Shown: positions 28,073 through 35,738 of the stretch, one piece after another
How the letters are laid out: the number at the start of each line of letters is the position of its first letter
Numbering within the stretch: the first letter of the stretch is position 1
Source: Pseudomonadota bacterium
GTDB lineage: Bacteria; Pseudomonadota; Gammaproteobacteria; Acidiferrobacterales; UBA6901
Assembly: GCA_043738765.1 (NCBI GenBank)
Contig: JAYUFH010000188.1
Location: 1 to 36,025, forward strand
Reading direction: 5' to 3'
DNA length: 36,025 nucleotides
Notes under the pieces: generated by a model
Database searches by the model: none
The model's input: the letters and a program-made list of their open reading frames with translations, nothing else
Told to the model about the DNA's origin: nothing
Translations under genes and position numbers: made by a program

Positions 28073-28642
28073 TTAATGCGCAATCGCCACCTGTTCGCGG
28101 ATCAGGGCCTTCTCCACGATTTCATCCGGTTCCGGATAGCGCGAGTAGATCTCATCCAACACCTGGTTGAATTGAACAGGATCGTAGGACGCCTCCGCCT
28201 GCTGTTGCATGTAGGTGAGCAAGGCACGGGAAAATTCGGCGGACAGGCCGAGATCCCGCAGGACCCGCACGATGCCGGTGTCGGCATCCGTCAGTACCAG
28301 CCGCAGTCCCAGGCCCTGACATTCTTCGGCCTCGGGAAAGTCCAGAAGATCCTGCGGAGAACTGTGGGGTGTATAGGCGAGGTCCGACCAGTCGGTCGCG
28401 CCGTCGATGCGATACAGCAGGAGCAATACCGGGCTTTCAAAATAGATCGCCAGTTCGATGTGGCCCGTATTGAACGCGCCGATCTCCTCATCGGTCAGTT
28501 CCGGCCAGAAGAAACGCAACTCCGGCCGGTCGTGTGAACCGCGCCAGCCAAATTCGATACCCTCCGGAAAACCGCTGCGTCCCGCCAAATAGGGCTTGCC
28601 CACTTCCAGGCAGTAGGTCCCGCGTTCCTTTTCTTTTGCCAT
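28073..28642 (-). CDS. Hypothetical protein (189 aa)
   Basis: Strong SD (AGGAG, 6 nt spacing) and host-like codon bias. I recognised no family. Confidence 0.7.
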   Translation of the reverse strand: MAKEKERGTYCLEVGKPYLAGRSGFPEGIEFGWRGSHDRPELRFFWPELTDEEIGAFNTGHIELAIYFESPVLLLLYRIDGATDWSDLAYTPHSSPQDLLDFPEAEECQGLGLRLVLTDADTGIVRVLRDLGLSAEFSRALLTYMQQQAEASYDPVQFNQVLDEIYSRYPEPDEIVEKALIREQVAIAH

Positions 28643-28667
28643 GCTTAACTCCTGTGTGGCGACCGCC

Positions 28668-29099
28668 TCAACCCTGCATCAGTCGAAGCATCTCAGACAA
28701 CCGTGTGGATGCCTTCTCACTTCCTTGTATCTGCCATGACTGCATGGCCTCCCTTCCCTCCTGCACGTACTGCTTGCGCTCATCGTCTTGCATGAACTCC
28801 TCGAGGAGGCGCGTGACGCTGCCCGATTCCGCTGTAGCCACTAGCGGATACTGCTGCAAAAACCTGACATACAATGCCAACGTCTCGGTTTCGCCCAATC
28901 CCTCCTGCCCCGCCAGATGATCGGCCGCGCCAAAGTGAAACGCAATGGCATTACGCTGCTTGCGCGGATGGCGCGCGAAACTGTCTGCCGGGATCGCACG
29001 CATGCAGAGCGCGGCGAAAAGATCGAACTGCCCGGCCAGGCGTTCGAGGGCCGACGGGGCGCGTTGCGTCGTACCGAACCATTTGTCAAATAAACCCAT
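28668..29099 (-). CDS. Hypothetical helical protein (143 aa)
   Basis: Strong SD (GAGGAA, 5 nt spacing). It ends 25 nt upstream of the 189-aa gene on the same strand. I recognised no family. Confidence 0.7.
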   Translation of the reverse strand: MGLFDKWFGTTQRAPSALERLAGQFDLFAALCMRAIPADSFARHPRKQRNAIAFHFGAADHLAGQEGLGETETLALYVRFLQQYPLVATAESGSVTRLLEEFMQDDERKQYVQEGREAMQSWQIQGSEKASTRLSEMLRLMQG

Positions 29100-29172
29100 G
29101 TTGGTTCCTCGCGGGTTGCGGCGACACGTTCTGGCTATTGATCATTGGGCGGATGACAGTCGTGGGGTATGC

Positions 29173-29240
29173 GTAGGATGGACATCGCCTACTGCACCAC
29201 GGCCACCGACGCCCCCGATGGCGGGCGATACCCACTCTAC
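29173..29240. repeat. Degenerate REP-A doublet
   Basis: GTAGGATGGACATCGCCTAC (29173-29192) and GATGGCGGGCGATACCCACTCTAC (29217-29240). Confidence 0.5.
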
Positions 29241-29356
29241 ATTCAAGATTGATGTTACGCATGCATTCGAAGACGGTCACAATTTATTTCATACTCGGTA
29301 ATTGGGGAAATATAACATTTACATTGCAGCATAACGATGGGTCGGGCAGTGCGACA

Positions 29357-30040
29357 TTATTGCAGAGTCTGGCTGGCGCCCACGACATTGGCGATACCTT
29401 GCATCAGCGCCAGGCGCTCCTCCGCCCGGGAGATATCCGCGCCGGGCGGGTGTATGGCATCGAGCAGTCGGCGTGCCTCCTCGCAGAGCGCCGCGAGTTG
29501 CGCGGCATCGAACAGACCCAGCACAACCCGCAAGGCCGCCGGCGACTCGCTCAACAAGGTAGGCACCAGTTCGTCGCCGGCGATAGGCGAATCGGCGCGC
29601 AATAAGTGCGCCGTCAGGGGGTACTCCAGCAAACTCAGGTGCATGGCATGAGCCGCCTGCTCCTGCTCGATCTCTTCCCGGGCCAGCGGGTCGTCGGCGG
29701 ATGCCCGGATCACCACCGTCATCACCACCGCGTGCAGCTTGAGCAGGGCCTTTGCCTCAAGCGCCAGGTTGGCGTCACCCTTGCTGTGGATGTACAGCCG
29801 GTCGATGCGCTCCTTAAACAGTAGAATCACGTCCGCGTCCACCGCGCCCAGCAGGGCCACCATGTCTTCCAGCAGCTGTTTGAAGTCTGTGTGAAAACGC
29901 GCCAGCTCCTGTTGATCACGCTTCCACGCCGTCTCCACATCGGGCTGTTGCGGTGCAGCGGAAAACAATCGCGGGTTTTCGGCCTTACGCTGAATATGCC
30001 GCTCCCAGAAACCGGGTTTGGCGGAGAACCTGATCATCAT
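29357..30040 (-). CDS. Hypothetical helical protein (227 aa)
   Basis: Long ORF with host-like codon bias. Two adjacent ATGs at 30040 and 30037 follow AAGG. I recognised no family. Confidence 0.7.
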   Translation of the reverse strand: MMIRFSAKPGFWERHIQRKAENPRLFSAAPQQPDVETAWKRDQQELARFHTDFKQLLEDMVALLGAVDADVILLFKERIDRLYIHSKGDANLALEAKALLKLHAVVMTVVIRASADDPLAREEIEQEQAAHAMHLSLLEYPLTAHLLRADSPIAGDELVPTLLSESPAALRVVLGLFDAAQLAALCEEARRLLDAIHPPGADISRAEERLALMQGIANVVGASQTLQ

Positions 30041-30357
30041 ACACGACCTTGTCCGGACTGATCTTTAAAGTACAGAAAGCGGCCTAGTGTAACGGAAGCG
30101 GCACGGAAAAGCAGGGTGGAATAACGACGCGGCCGACCCAGGGCCGAATGCCGGCCGGTGGCGGGCCCGCCCGCAGTGCGCTGCGGTGTTCGACAAGGAG
30201 AACTTCCTGTAGCGCCCACGGAGGGTGCGGGACAGGACGCGCTGCGCGGAAATCCGCATGCAAAAACGGCCTTTCACTGATCTCCTTAGTCAAGTCCGTA
30301 GTGGCCCTCCCAGGTAAGCTTGAAGACCACGATGAACGACATCCCGGCTGATCTAAA

Positions 30358-30369
30358 TGATTTAAATCA
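30358..30369. promoter_or_regulatory. Perfect A/T-rich 12-bp palindrome (candidate operator)
   Basis: TGATTTAAATCA, nested in ATGATTT-AAATC-AAATCAT (30357-30375), within an otherwise GC-rich intergenic region. Confidence 0.3.
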
Positions 30370-30504
30370 AATCATGCCAACGAAAAATAACCAATGCGGG
30401 AAGTCGACAAGTGGACGCGACGAACAAGCGGCGTGGAAGATTTGGAACAGCGGGATCGCTGACTAAAGGCGAAACGAGGGTTGTGTAAGATCAGCTCCGG
30501 GGCA

Positions 30505-31431
30505 TCACTTGCATTGACCCAGGGATGCAGCGGCGCACTGACGCCCATCGATCCAGGTGGCCTTGCTGAAGTCGGCGTTCTTGAGTATGGCGTTGCTTAG
30601 GTTGGCGCCCAGAAGATTGGCATAGCTCAGATTGGCATCATTCAGAACGCTGCCGGAGAGGTCGGTGTTGCGTAATTCTGCACCTTTCATGTTGACGGCG
30701 CGCAGGTCGGCGGCGTGCAAATTGACGGCGCTGACATTGGCATAACTCAGATCGCTGGTGGCCAGATGAGCGCCCTGCAGGTCGGCGCCGACCAGAGACG
30801 CATTGCTCAGATTGGCGCCGGTGAGCTGTGCACGCGCCAACTGCGCGCCTTCCATGTGGCAGTAACTCCAGTTGACTCCCGGCGTCGCAGGCGCGGCGCA
30901 GTCTGGAGCACCGGTGACAGCGGGATCGGGATGTCGCAGGTAAAAAAATATTCCTAATAGCAGCACGATGCTTCCGCCCAGGAGTAACGAGGCTAGCAGC
31001 GGGTGGCGCACCGGATCTTCGATGGGACGGGCGAGCTGCGCACGCCGATTGCGATGCACGCGAAAACGGTTGGGCTCGGCGGCGCGGCGGTCGGCGTGGC
31101 GCTTATCCTGGGTCTTGCCTGGATCGTGCCCAAGTGCGGTTTCCGGGGATTCCCGCCGGCGGCCCTCGGCCAGGCGCTCATCGGCGTGCATGCGCGCAAT
31201 GAGCAGGCGCTGCTGGTCTTCTTCGGTTACCACATGGCGCATGACCTCCGGGATCAACACTGGAAGGTCCACCAGGGTTTGCCAATGGGTCTTGTCCGTG
31301 CTTAATTGGTCTGCATCGGTAATACGGCCGAGGAGGATGAAGCTGGAGATCATGGCGGCGGGGAAAGGTCCGCGGACAACGCCGTTACGGCGTGTGTACC
31401 AAAGGTGTGGGTGTTCGTTTTCCCCGTGCAT
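30505..31431 (-). CDS. GYF_2 (DUF4339) domain, TM, pentapeptide-repeat protein
   Basis: The N-terminus HLWYTRRNGVVRGPFPAAMISSFILLGRITDADQLSTDKTHWQTL fits GYF_2. It is followed by a basic linker, the TM segment LLASLLLGGSIVLLLGIFFYL, then about 30 A(D/N)LXX pentapeptide units (ANLSNASLVGADLQGAHLATSDLSYANVS...) bracketed by 4 Cys. Confidence 0.85.
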   Translation of the reverse strand: MHGENEHPHLWYTRRNGVVRGPFPAAMISSFILLGRITDADQLSTDKTHWQTLVDLPVLIPEVMRHVVTEEDQQRLLIARMHADERLAEGRRRESPETALGHDPGKTQDKRHADRRAAEPNRFRVHRNRRAQLARPIEDPVRHPLLASLLLGGSIVLLLGIFFYLRHPDPAVTGAPDCAAPATPGVNWSYCHMEGAQLARAQLTGANLSNASLVGADLQGAHLATSDLSYANVSAVNLHAADLRAVNMKGAELRNTDLSGSVLNDANLSYANLLGANLSNAILKNADFSKATWIDGRQCAAASLGQCK

Positions 31432-31515
31432 GGTGTAATTAAAGCATAGAAATGGTGCAGTGCTGACCGTTTGCGATCATCCCCCGGGATAAAATCCGTC
31501 CCGATCGGCCAGCCT

Positions 31516-32064
31516 TCAAGTGGCAACCGGCTCTTGCAGACAGCTCAACGGGGTTTCCAGGGAGTGATTCCCAACGGCGATATACGCCACGCCACCGGAC
31601 ACCGTCACGCTCCAGTTTACAGATCGCTCGAGATATTCCGCGAGTTGCTGAATCAGGGACTGTTCCACCGTCCAGATCGCCAGATTGGACATACCTGCGA
31701 GGCCGGCCAAATGCTGGCCCTCCCACACCCGGCGACGTTGGCCACTGAGCAGTAACAGCACGCGCGTCGCGTGCCGGCAGGCCTTGGTGATGCGCGTCGC
31801 ATCCGGCAGCCCCACCTCCAACCACAGTCCGACCCGGTTGTCCGCGTCCAGGACCCACAGGTCGGGTTGATCGCCGTCGCTGATGCCCTTGGTGAACACC
31901 AGTCCCGATTCGTAGAACAAGGCGTAGGCCAGCAAGCGCGTCACCAGGCGCTCAGCGGTCTCCGATGGATGCCGTGCGAGGGTGGCGCGCAGCTCTGTAT
32001 AGACCCCGCGATCGGAGTCCGCGAGCTGCACAGTGGCGCGATAAATGGTGGTGCCGGTGGCCAT
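31516..32064 (-). CDS. yaeQ: YaeQ-family protein
   Basis: MATGTTIYRATVQLADSDRGVYTELRATLARHPSETAERLVTRLLAYAL closely parallels E. coli YaeQ. The start is trimmed to the ATG at 32062-32064, 4 nt after the upstream stop. Confidence 0.88.
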   Translation of the reverse strand: MATGTTIYRATVQLADSDRGVYTELRATLARHPSETAERLVTRLLAYALFYESGLVFTKGISDGDQPDLWVLDADNRVGLWLEVGLPDATRITKACRHATRVLLLLSGQRRRVWEGQHLAGLAGMSNLAIWTVEQSLIQQLAEYLERSVNWSVTVSGGVAYIAVGNHSLETPLSCLQEPVAT

Positions 32065-32068
32065 GGGT

Positions 32069-32638
32069 TTACTCGGTGGCAGTACGGGAAGCATCGACAC
32101 GGTCAGCGCTGCCGGCCAACGTCAGGCGCAGGCGCAGACCCGCTTCGGTGGTGTAGCCCACTTCGACAAAACGGATGTGTCCCGCCGCATCCAGGATGAA
32201 ACTCGCGGGTACGCCGCGTATCCCCCAGCGCTTGGCGAGTACGCCGTCGGCATCGTTGATCACGGGAAAGGTCAGATGATGCTGCATCATGTATTGCAGT
32301 ACCACCTTGTCCGCGCCGGACTGCGTGGCGATGGAAAGAACCTGGTGATCTTGCGCGATGGCATTGATGCTGTCCTGCTCCAGTTTGCACACCGGGCACC
32401 AGGTGGCCCAGAAGTGCACCAGCACCGGCCGGCCCCGTAACCCGCTGAGTGAGGCGCTTGCACCATTCAGCAAGCTACCTTCCACTGTCATCGCGCTACC
32501 GGCGGGCAGGTCACGTGTCTGCCAAGCATGCACCCCCGCTAACGCCAGGACAAACAGCGCCACCTCAGCGGCATAGATCCACCAACGCCGCCAACGCCTG
32601 GACTTGGGCGCCGCAGGGACATTCGTTTCTTCATTCAT
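32069..32638 (-). CDS. Membrane-anchored thioredoxin-fold thiol:disulfide oxidoreductase (TlpA/ResA-like)
   Basis: N-terminal TM segment, then VLVHFWATWCPVCKLE (CxxC) and RWGIRGVPASFILD (cis-Pro region). Confidence 0.88.
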   Translation of the reverse strand: MNEETNVPAAPKSRRWRRWWIYAAEVALFVLALAGVHAWQTRDLPAGSAMTVEGSLLNGASASLSGLRGRPVLVHFWATWCPVCKLEQDSINAIAQDHQVLSIATQSGADKVVLQYMMQHHLTFPVINDADGVLAKRWGIRGVPASFILDAAGHIRFVEVGYTTEAGLRLRLTLAGSADRVDASRTATE

Positions 32639-32687
32639 GGAGCATTGCCAGATACGGGCCCATGGACTCCCGGAATATTTTCCACTC

Positions 32688-33122
32688 TCATGTCTGGGCA
32701 GCCTGTGTGGTCAACCCATCCAGCAGGGCGGTCATCTTATCGAGGATCGCGCCGCGCTCGCCGATGGCGTAGCGCTGAGCGATCTCCTGCGGCGCAGCAT
32801 AACCCACCCACACTTGGCCTTGGGTATCCTCCCAAGCCAGCACCCGCAGTGGAAGATCCAGACCGATGCATGGATTGCTTCGCATCAACGGCGACCCCAA
32901 CTTGGGATTTCCGAAGAGCAGAAGTTGGGTGGGAGGCAAGGCCTCGCCGACTTTCTCCGCGGCCAGGGCATGGTCGATGCGCGCGGCCACGGCAATACCC
33001 TTCTCCCCGAGGGCCGCGGCCAGACGGTCGAGGGTAATTTGCACGCTATATCGGCTTTTCTTGCTGATCACTGCCAATACTCCTTTCCTGGGTTCGTCCG
33101 ATACACCATTGAGAAAAGGCAT
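32688..33122 (-). CDS. DUF302-domain protein
   Basis: SVQITLDRLAAALGEKGIAVAARIDHA...LLLFGNPKLGSPLM...GLDLPLRVLAWED is the DUF302 pattern. Its ATG overlaps the upstream stop (TGATG). The track uses a GTG one codon upstream (33125). Confidence 0.85.
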   Translation of the reverse strand: MPFLNGVSDEPRKGVLAVISKKSRYSVQITLDRLAAALGEKGIAVAARIDHALAAEKVGEALPPTQLLLFGNPKLGSPLMRSNPCIGLDLPLRVLAWEDTQGQVWVGYAAPQEIAQRYAIGERGAILDKMTALLDGLTTQAAQT

Positions 33123-34249
33123 CACCCGCGCTTATATTCACGCAGGACCACCCAAAGAATCTGACCGACAAAAACGGCCAACGTGGCGACGGCAGGATAC
33201 ACCGCCCACCCTGCCTCGGCCAGCAGCAACATACCGCATGCCGGAAACATCACCGCACGCAACAGGCTGCCGCGGGCGAGCTGTCCACGCACCCGTGTGG
33301 TCCAATCATTGCTGGCACCGGGCTGCAACCACAGGGGCAATAAATAACTCACCGCCCCCGTCACCAAGGGTAATAAAAACATGAAAAAGAAAAGCATCAC
33401 ACTCAGACGTGGCGCGAGCAGACCCAAGCCGTGCAACAGGCCCGAAAACAGCACCAGGGCAAAGCCAAACAAAGCGCCGACTAAGGCAGTGGCCGCACCA
33501 CGCAGCTGTCGATGTTGGCGCAGCGTCGCCAGTATGAGTGCCGTGAGCGGTGGCATCCACATCAGCAGACCAAGCCCTGCCAGCATCGGGGCCCAAGCCG
33601 CACCGACACCGACGAGCAAGGTCCCGCCGGCAACGTACTTCAGGCCTGAGCGCATGCGCCGGCTGACATCTGGGTCGGCATAGTTGCCCGCCGTGGGCAA
33701 CAGCACCTGCAAGGTACCGATGGCCGTCAGCCCGACGAACCCCACAAGATTGAAATGCAAATGCAGGCGACGCAGCAGCGTCCACTGTTGCGGCCATATC
33801 GTACCCGCGAGTATCGCCAGCAGCCCCAACACCAGAAAGAGCAACGCCGCCTGATACCAGGCCAGTCCTGGGTGCGATACGCCCAGGGACGAACTGCGCC
33901 GTCGGTGCATCCAGCCTAGCATGGCGAGGGCGGCTACCAACGCCAGGAGAGCGCCCGCCTGTAGTAACACGACCGCTGACTTCGCCAACCCCGCCACGGC
34001 CGATGCCCCGCCTGCCAATGCCAACAACGGCAACAGTATAATTGTTTTGTTTTCCGCACCGGTGCGTGTCAGCACCGGGACAAAATGACCCATGACCGCC
34101 AATATCAACGGCAGTATGCCCAGGGCCATCGCCGTGTGCACGCCCCAGTAGGGAATTTCGGCGCCACGCATCAACCACAACACCACGACAAAACTGGTCA
34201 GTGCCAGAAATGCCGGGAGCATTAGTAATTTTCTATTTTTTTTCTGCAT
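33122..34249 (-). CDS. 12-TM integral membrane protein with conserved His; possibly NnrS-like
   Basis: 375 aa with about 12 hydrophobic segments. LHLHFNLVGFVGLTAIGTLQVLLPTAGNY resembles the NnrS HxHxxLxGF...G.LL...P block as I recall it. The functional call is weak. Confidence 0.7.
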   Translation of the reverse strand: MQKKNRKLLMLPAFLALTSFVVVLWLMRGAEIPYWGVHTAMALGILPLILAVMGHFVPVLTRTGAENKTIILLPLLALAGGASAVAGLAKSAVVLLQAGALLALVAALAMLGWMHRRRSSSLGVSHPGLAWYQAALLFLVLGLLAILAGTIWPQQWTLLRRLHLHFNLVGFVGLTAIGTLQVLLPTAGNYADPDVSRRMRSGLKYVAGGTLLVGVGAAWAPMLAGLGLLMWMPPLTALILATLRQHRQLRGAATALVGALFGFALVLFSGLLHGLGLLAPRLSVMLFFFMFLLPLVTGAVSYLLPLWLQPGASNDWTTRVRGQLARGSLLRAVMFPACGMLLLAEAGWAVYPAVATLAVFVGQILWVVLREYKRG

Positions 34250-34428
34250 CGTCGGTCGTCCATTACTTGCGTAGCGTCGCCCACATTAACCATGCCCCTT
34301 GTGCCAGGCAAGGCCATCGGACTGTCCTGGTGACGAATTTGAGAGACTTGCGCACTCATTCGCGCCGCACCGAGGCGCATGGCGATGGCCGCCCTCTGGT
34401 TTTGGAATGCGGGGGCCTGCTCTCGCTT

Positions 34429-34455
34429 AAAAGAAAACGGCGGCAAACCGCCGCC
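34429..34455 (-). terminator. Rho-independent terminator of the REC-GGDEF gene
   Basis: The reverse strand reads GGCGGC-GGTTT-GCCGCC followed by GTTTTCTTTT. Confidence 0.6.
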
Positions 34456-34577
34456 TTGTGGGGCGGCGTCATCCAACAACTTGTGGTTTTACAGTGAGGT
34501 GTTTTGATAACGCAGTGCGAGCAAAATATTATCGCGGGCGCCATAACCGCGCCCCGTTCGGCCAGCTTGACTGCCCG

Positions 34578-35738
34578 TCAGTCCCGAAACAGTCTTTCTT
34601 TGATGGTTTCGATTTCCATATCCAGTTCGAGGGAAAATTTGTTATTGCAGAATTCCAGCAGCGGCAAAGTGTTCAAGGCCAACTGTAATGCATAGGGTTG
34701 GAGCGTCCCGATGTCCTTGCGTGCCAGCATTTCCAGCGCCGCATCCAGACTCGGTTGTTCGATGATGGTCTCCTCGACCAGGGAGGACGAATTCTTTTCA
34801 TCGCTGACACACAGACGATCACCACCATTCGTGCTGGCGGTCTTGAGGCGCCGGTGTGCAATCACCAACATCCCCTCAAGGCCATCGGCGAGATCGTGTC
34901 CCATGGTCACCAGCCCGATGCTGGCAGTGATACGGATATCCTTGCCATCGACGGAAAAAGGTTTGGCGGAAACCTCGGAACGCAGACGCTCGGCCAGTAC
35001 CGCCGCCTCGACGCGTCCGGACGACAGGCTAACGAGAGTGAATTCCGCGTTGCCGATACGTGCAACGGTATCATCCTTGCGAGTTTTGGACTGTAGCAGT
35101 TTCGCCAGCCAGATCAGCACCTGATCGGCAATATCGTCGCCGTGCTGCTGGCGCAGAGTGGCGAAGTTATCCAAGCCGATCTGTATGATGGACAGCGTGA
35201 TGTTCTTCTTTTTCGAGGCCGCGACGATCGCCTCGCTATTGTCGAGCAGATAGCGGCGGCTGTGCAATTGCGTCAGCGGGTCGATATTGGAGGCCGCGCC
35301 AAGGGTCGCCGCAGAATCAGCGAGATCGGCGCCATGCTGATCCGACAATGCATGATTGCGCACGCACGACAGCAACTGCATCGAGTCGATAGGCTTCGTG
35401 ATAAAATCATTTGCGCCGCAGGCGAAGGCGCGTTCGCGCGTGATGTCATCGTCGGCCCCGGTCATCACGATGATGGGGATACCTGCGATGCGCGATAGAT
35501 CCGCGGCGCGTATGCGGCAGATCATGGAATAGCCGTCGAGGCGCGGCATTTGTACGTCGCTGATGATGACCTGCACGCTCTGGTCGCTCACCAGCTTTTC
35601 CCAACCGGCCTCGCCGTCCTCGGCTTCAAGGATATCGAATTCCTGGTTGAGCACCCGGTTGACCGCGTGCCGCATTACCCGCGAATCGTCGATCACCAGC
35701 ACGCGCGTCTTTTCCGCCGAACCGACCGCCCTCTGCAT
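34578..35738 (-). CDS. Response-regulator receiver plus degenerate GGDEF domain protein (GNAEF; RxxD I-site retained)
   Basis: The ATG at 35736-35738 follows AGGAAG. REC: RVLVIDDSR...IISDVQMPRLDG...VMTG...ITKP. GGDEF domain: DPLTQLHSRRYL...RKDDTVARIGNAEF. About 70-aa C-terminal extension. Confidence 0.88.
   Translation of the reverse strand: MQRAVGSAEKTRVLVIDDSRVMRHAVNRVLNQEFDILEAEDGEAGWEKLVSDQSVQVIISDVQMPRLDGYSMICRIRAADLSRIAGIPIIVMTGADDDITRERAFACGANDFITKPIDSMQLLSCVRNHALSDQHGADLADSAATLGAASNIDPLTQLHSRRYLLDNSEAIVAASKKKNITLSIIQIGLDNFATLRQQHGDDIADQVLIWLAKLLQSKTRKDDTVARIGNAEFTLVSLSSGRVEAAVLAERLRSEVSAKPFSVDGKDIRITASIGLVTMGHDLADGLEGMLVIAHRRLKTASTNGGDRLCVSDEKNSSSLVEETIIEQPSLDAALEMLARKDIGTLQPYALQLALNTLPLLEFCNNKFSLELDMEIETIKERLFRD

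Noticed and set aside
4382-29240. Whether the recurring GTAGGGTGGGC...GCCCACCCTAC repeats form a CRISPR array
   Set aside because: Copies are kilobases apart in separate intergenic regions, are themselves palindromic, occur singly or as doublets, and have no regular spacers or cas genes. This is REP-like, not CRISPR.
30041-30504. Tested whether the structured intergenic region is RNase P RNA, tmRNA, 6S or SRP RNA
   Set aside because: None of the conserved cores is present on either strand. I looked for GGAAAGUCCGGGC and ACAGAACCCGGCUUA for RNase P, a tRNA-like 3' end plus an ANDxxYALAA-type tag frame for tmRNA, and GGUCCGGAAGGAAGCAGC for SRP. Only weak fragments such as AAGUCCG and CCAGGUAAGC occur. 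The region is kept as an unclassified structured region in the findings.
33306-34178. 290-aa alternative-frame ORF on the same strand as the 12-TM membrane protein gene
   Set aside because: The frame encoding 12 regular hydrophobic helices is clearly the coding one. The alternative frame is Arg/Gly/Ala-rich with no features.
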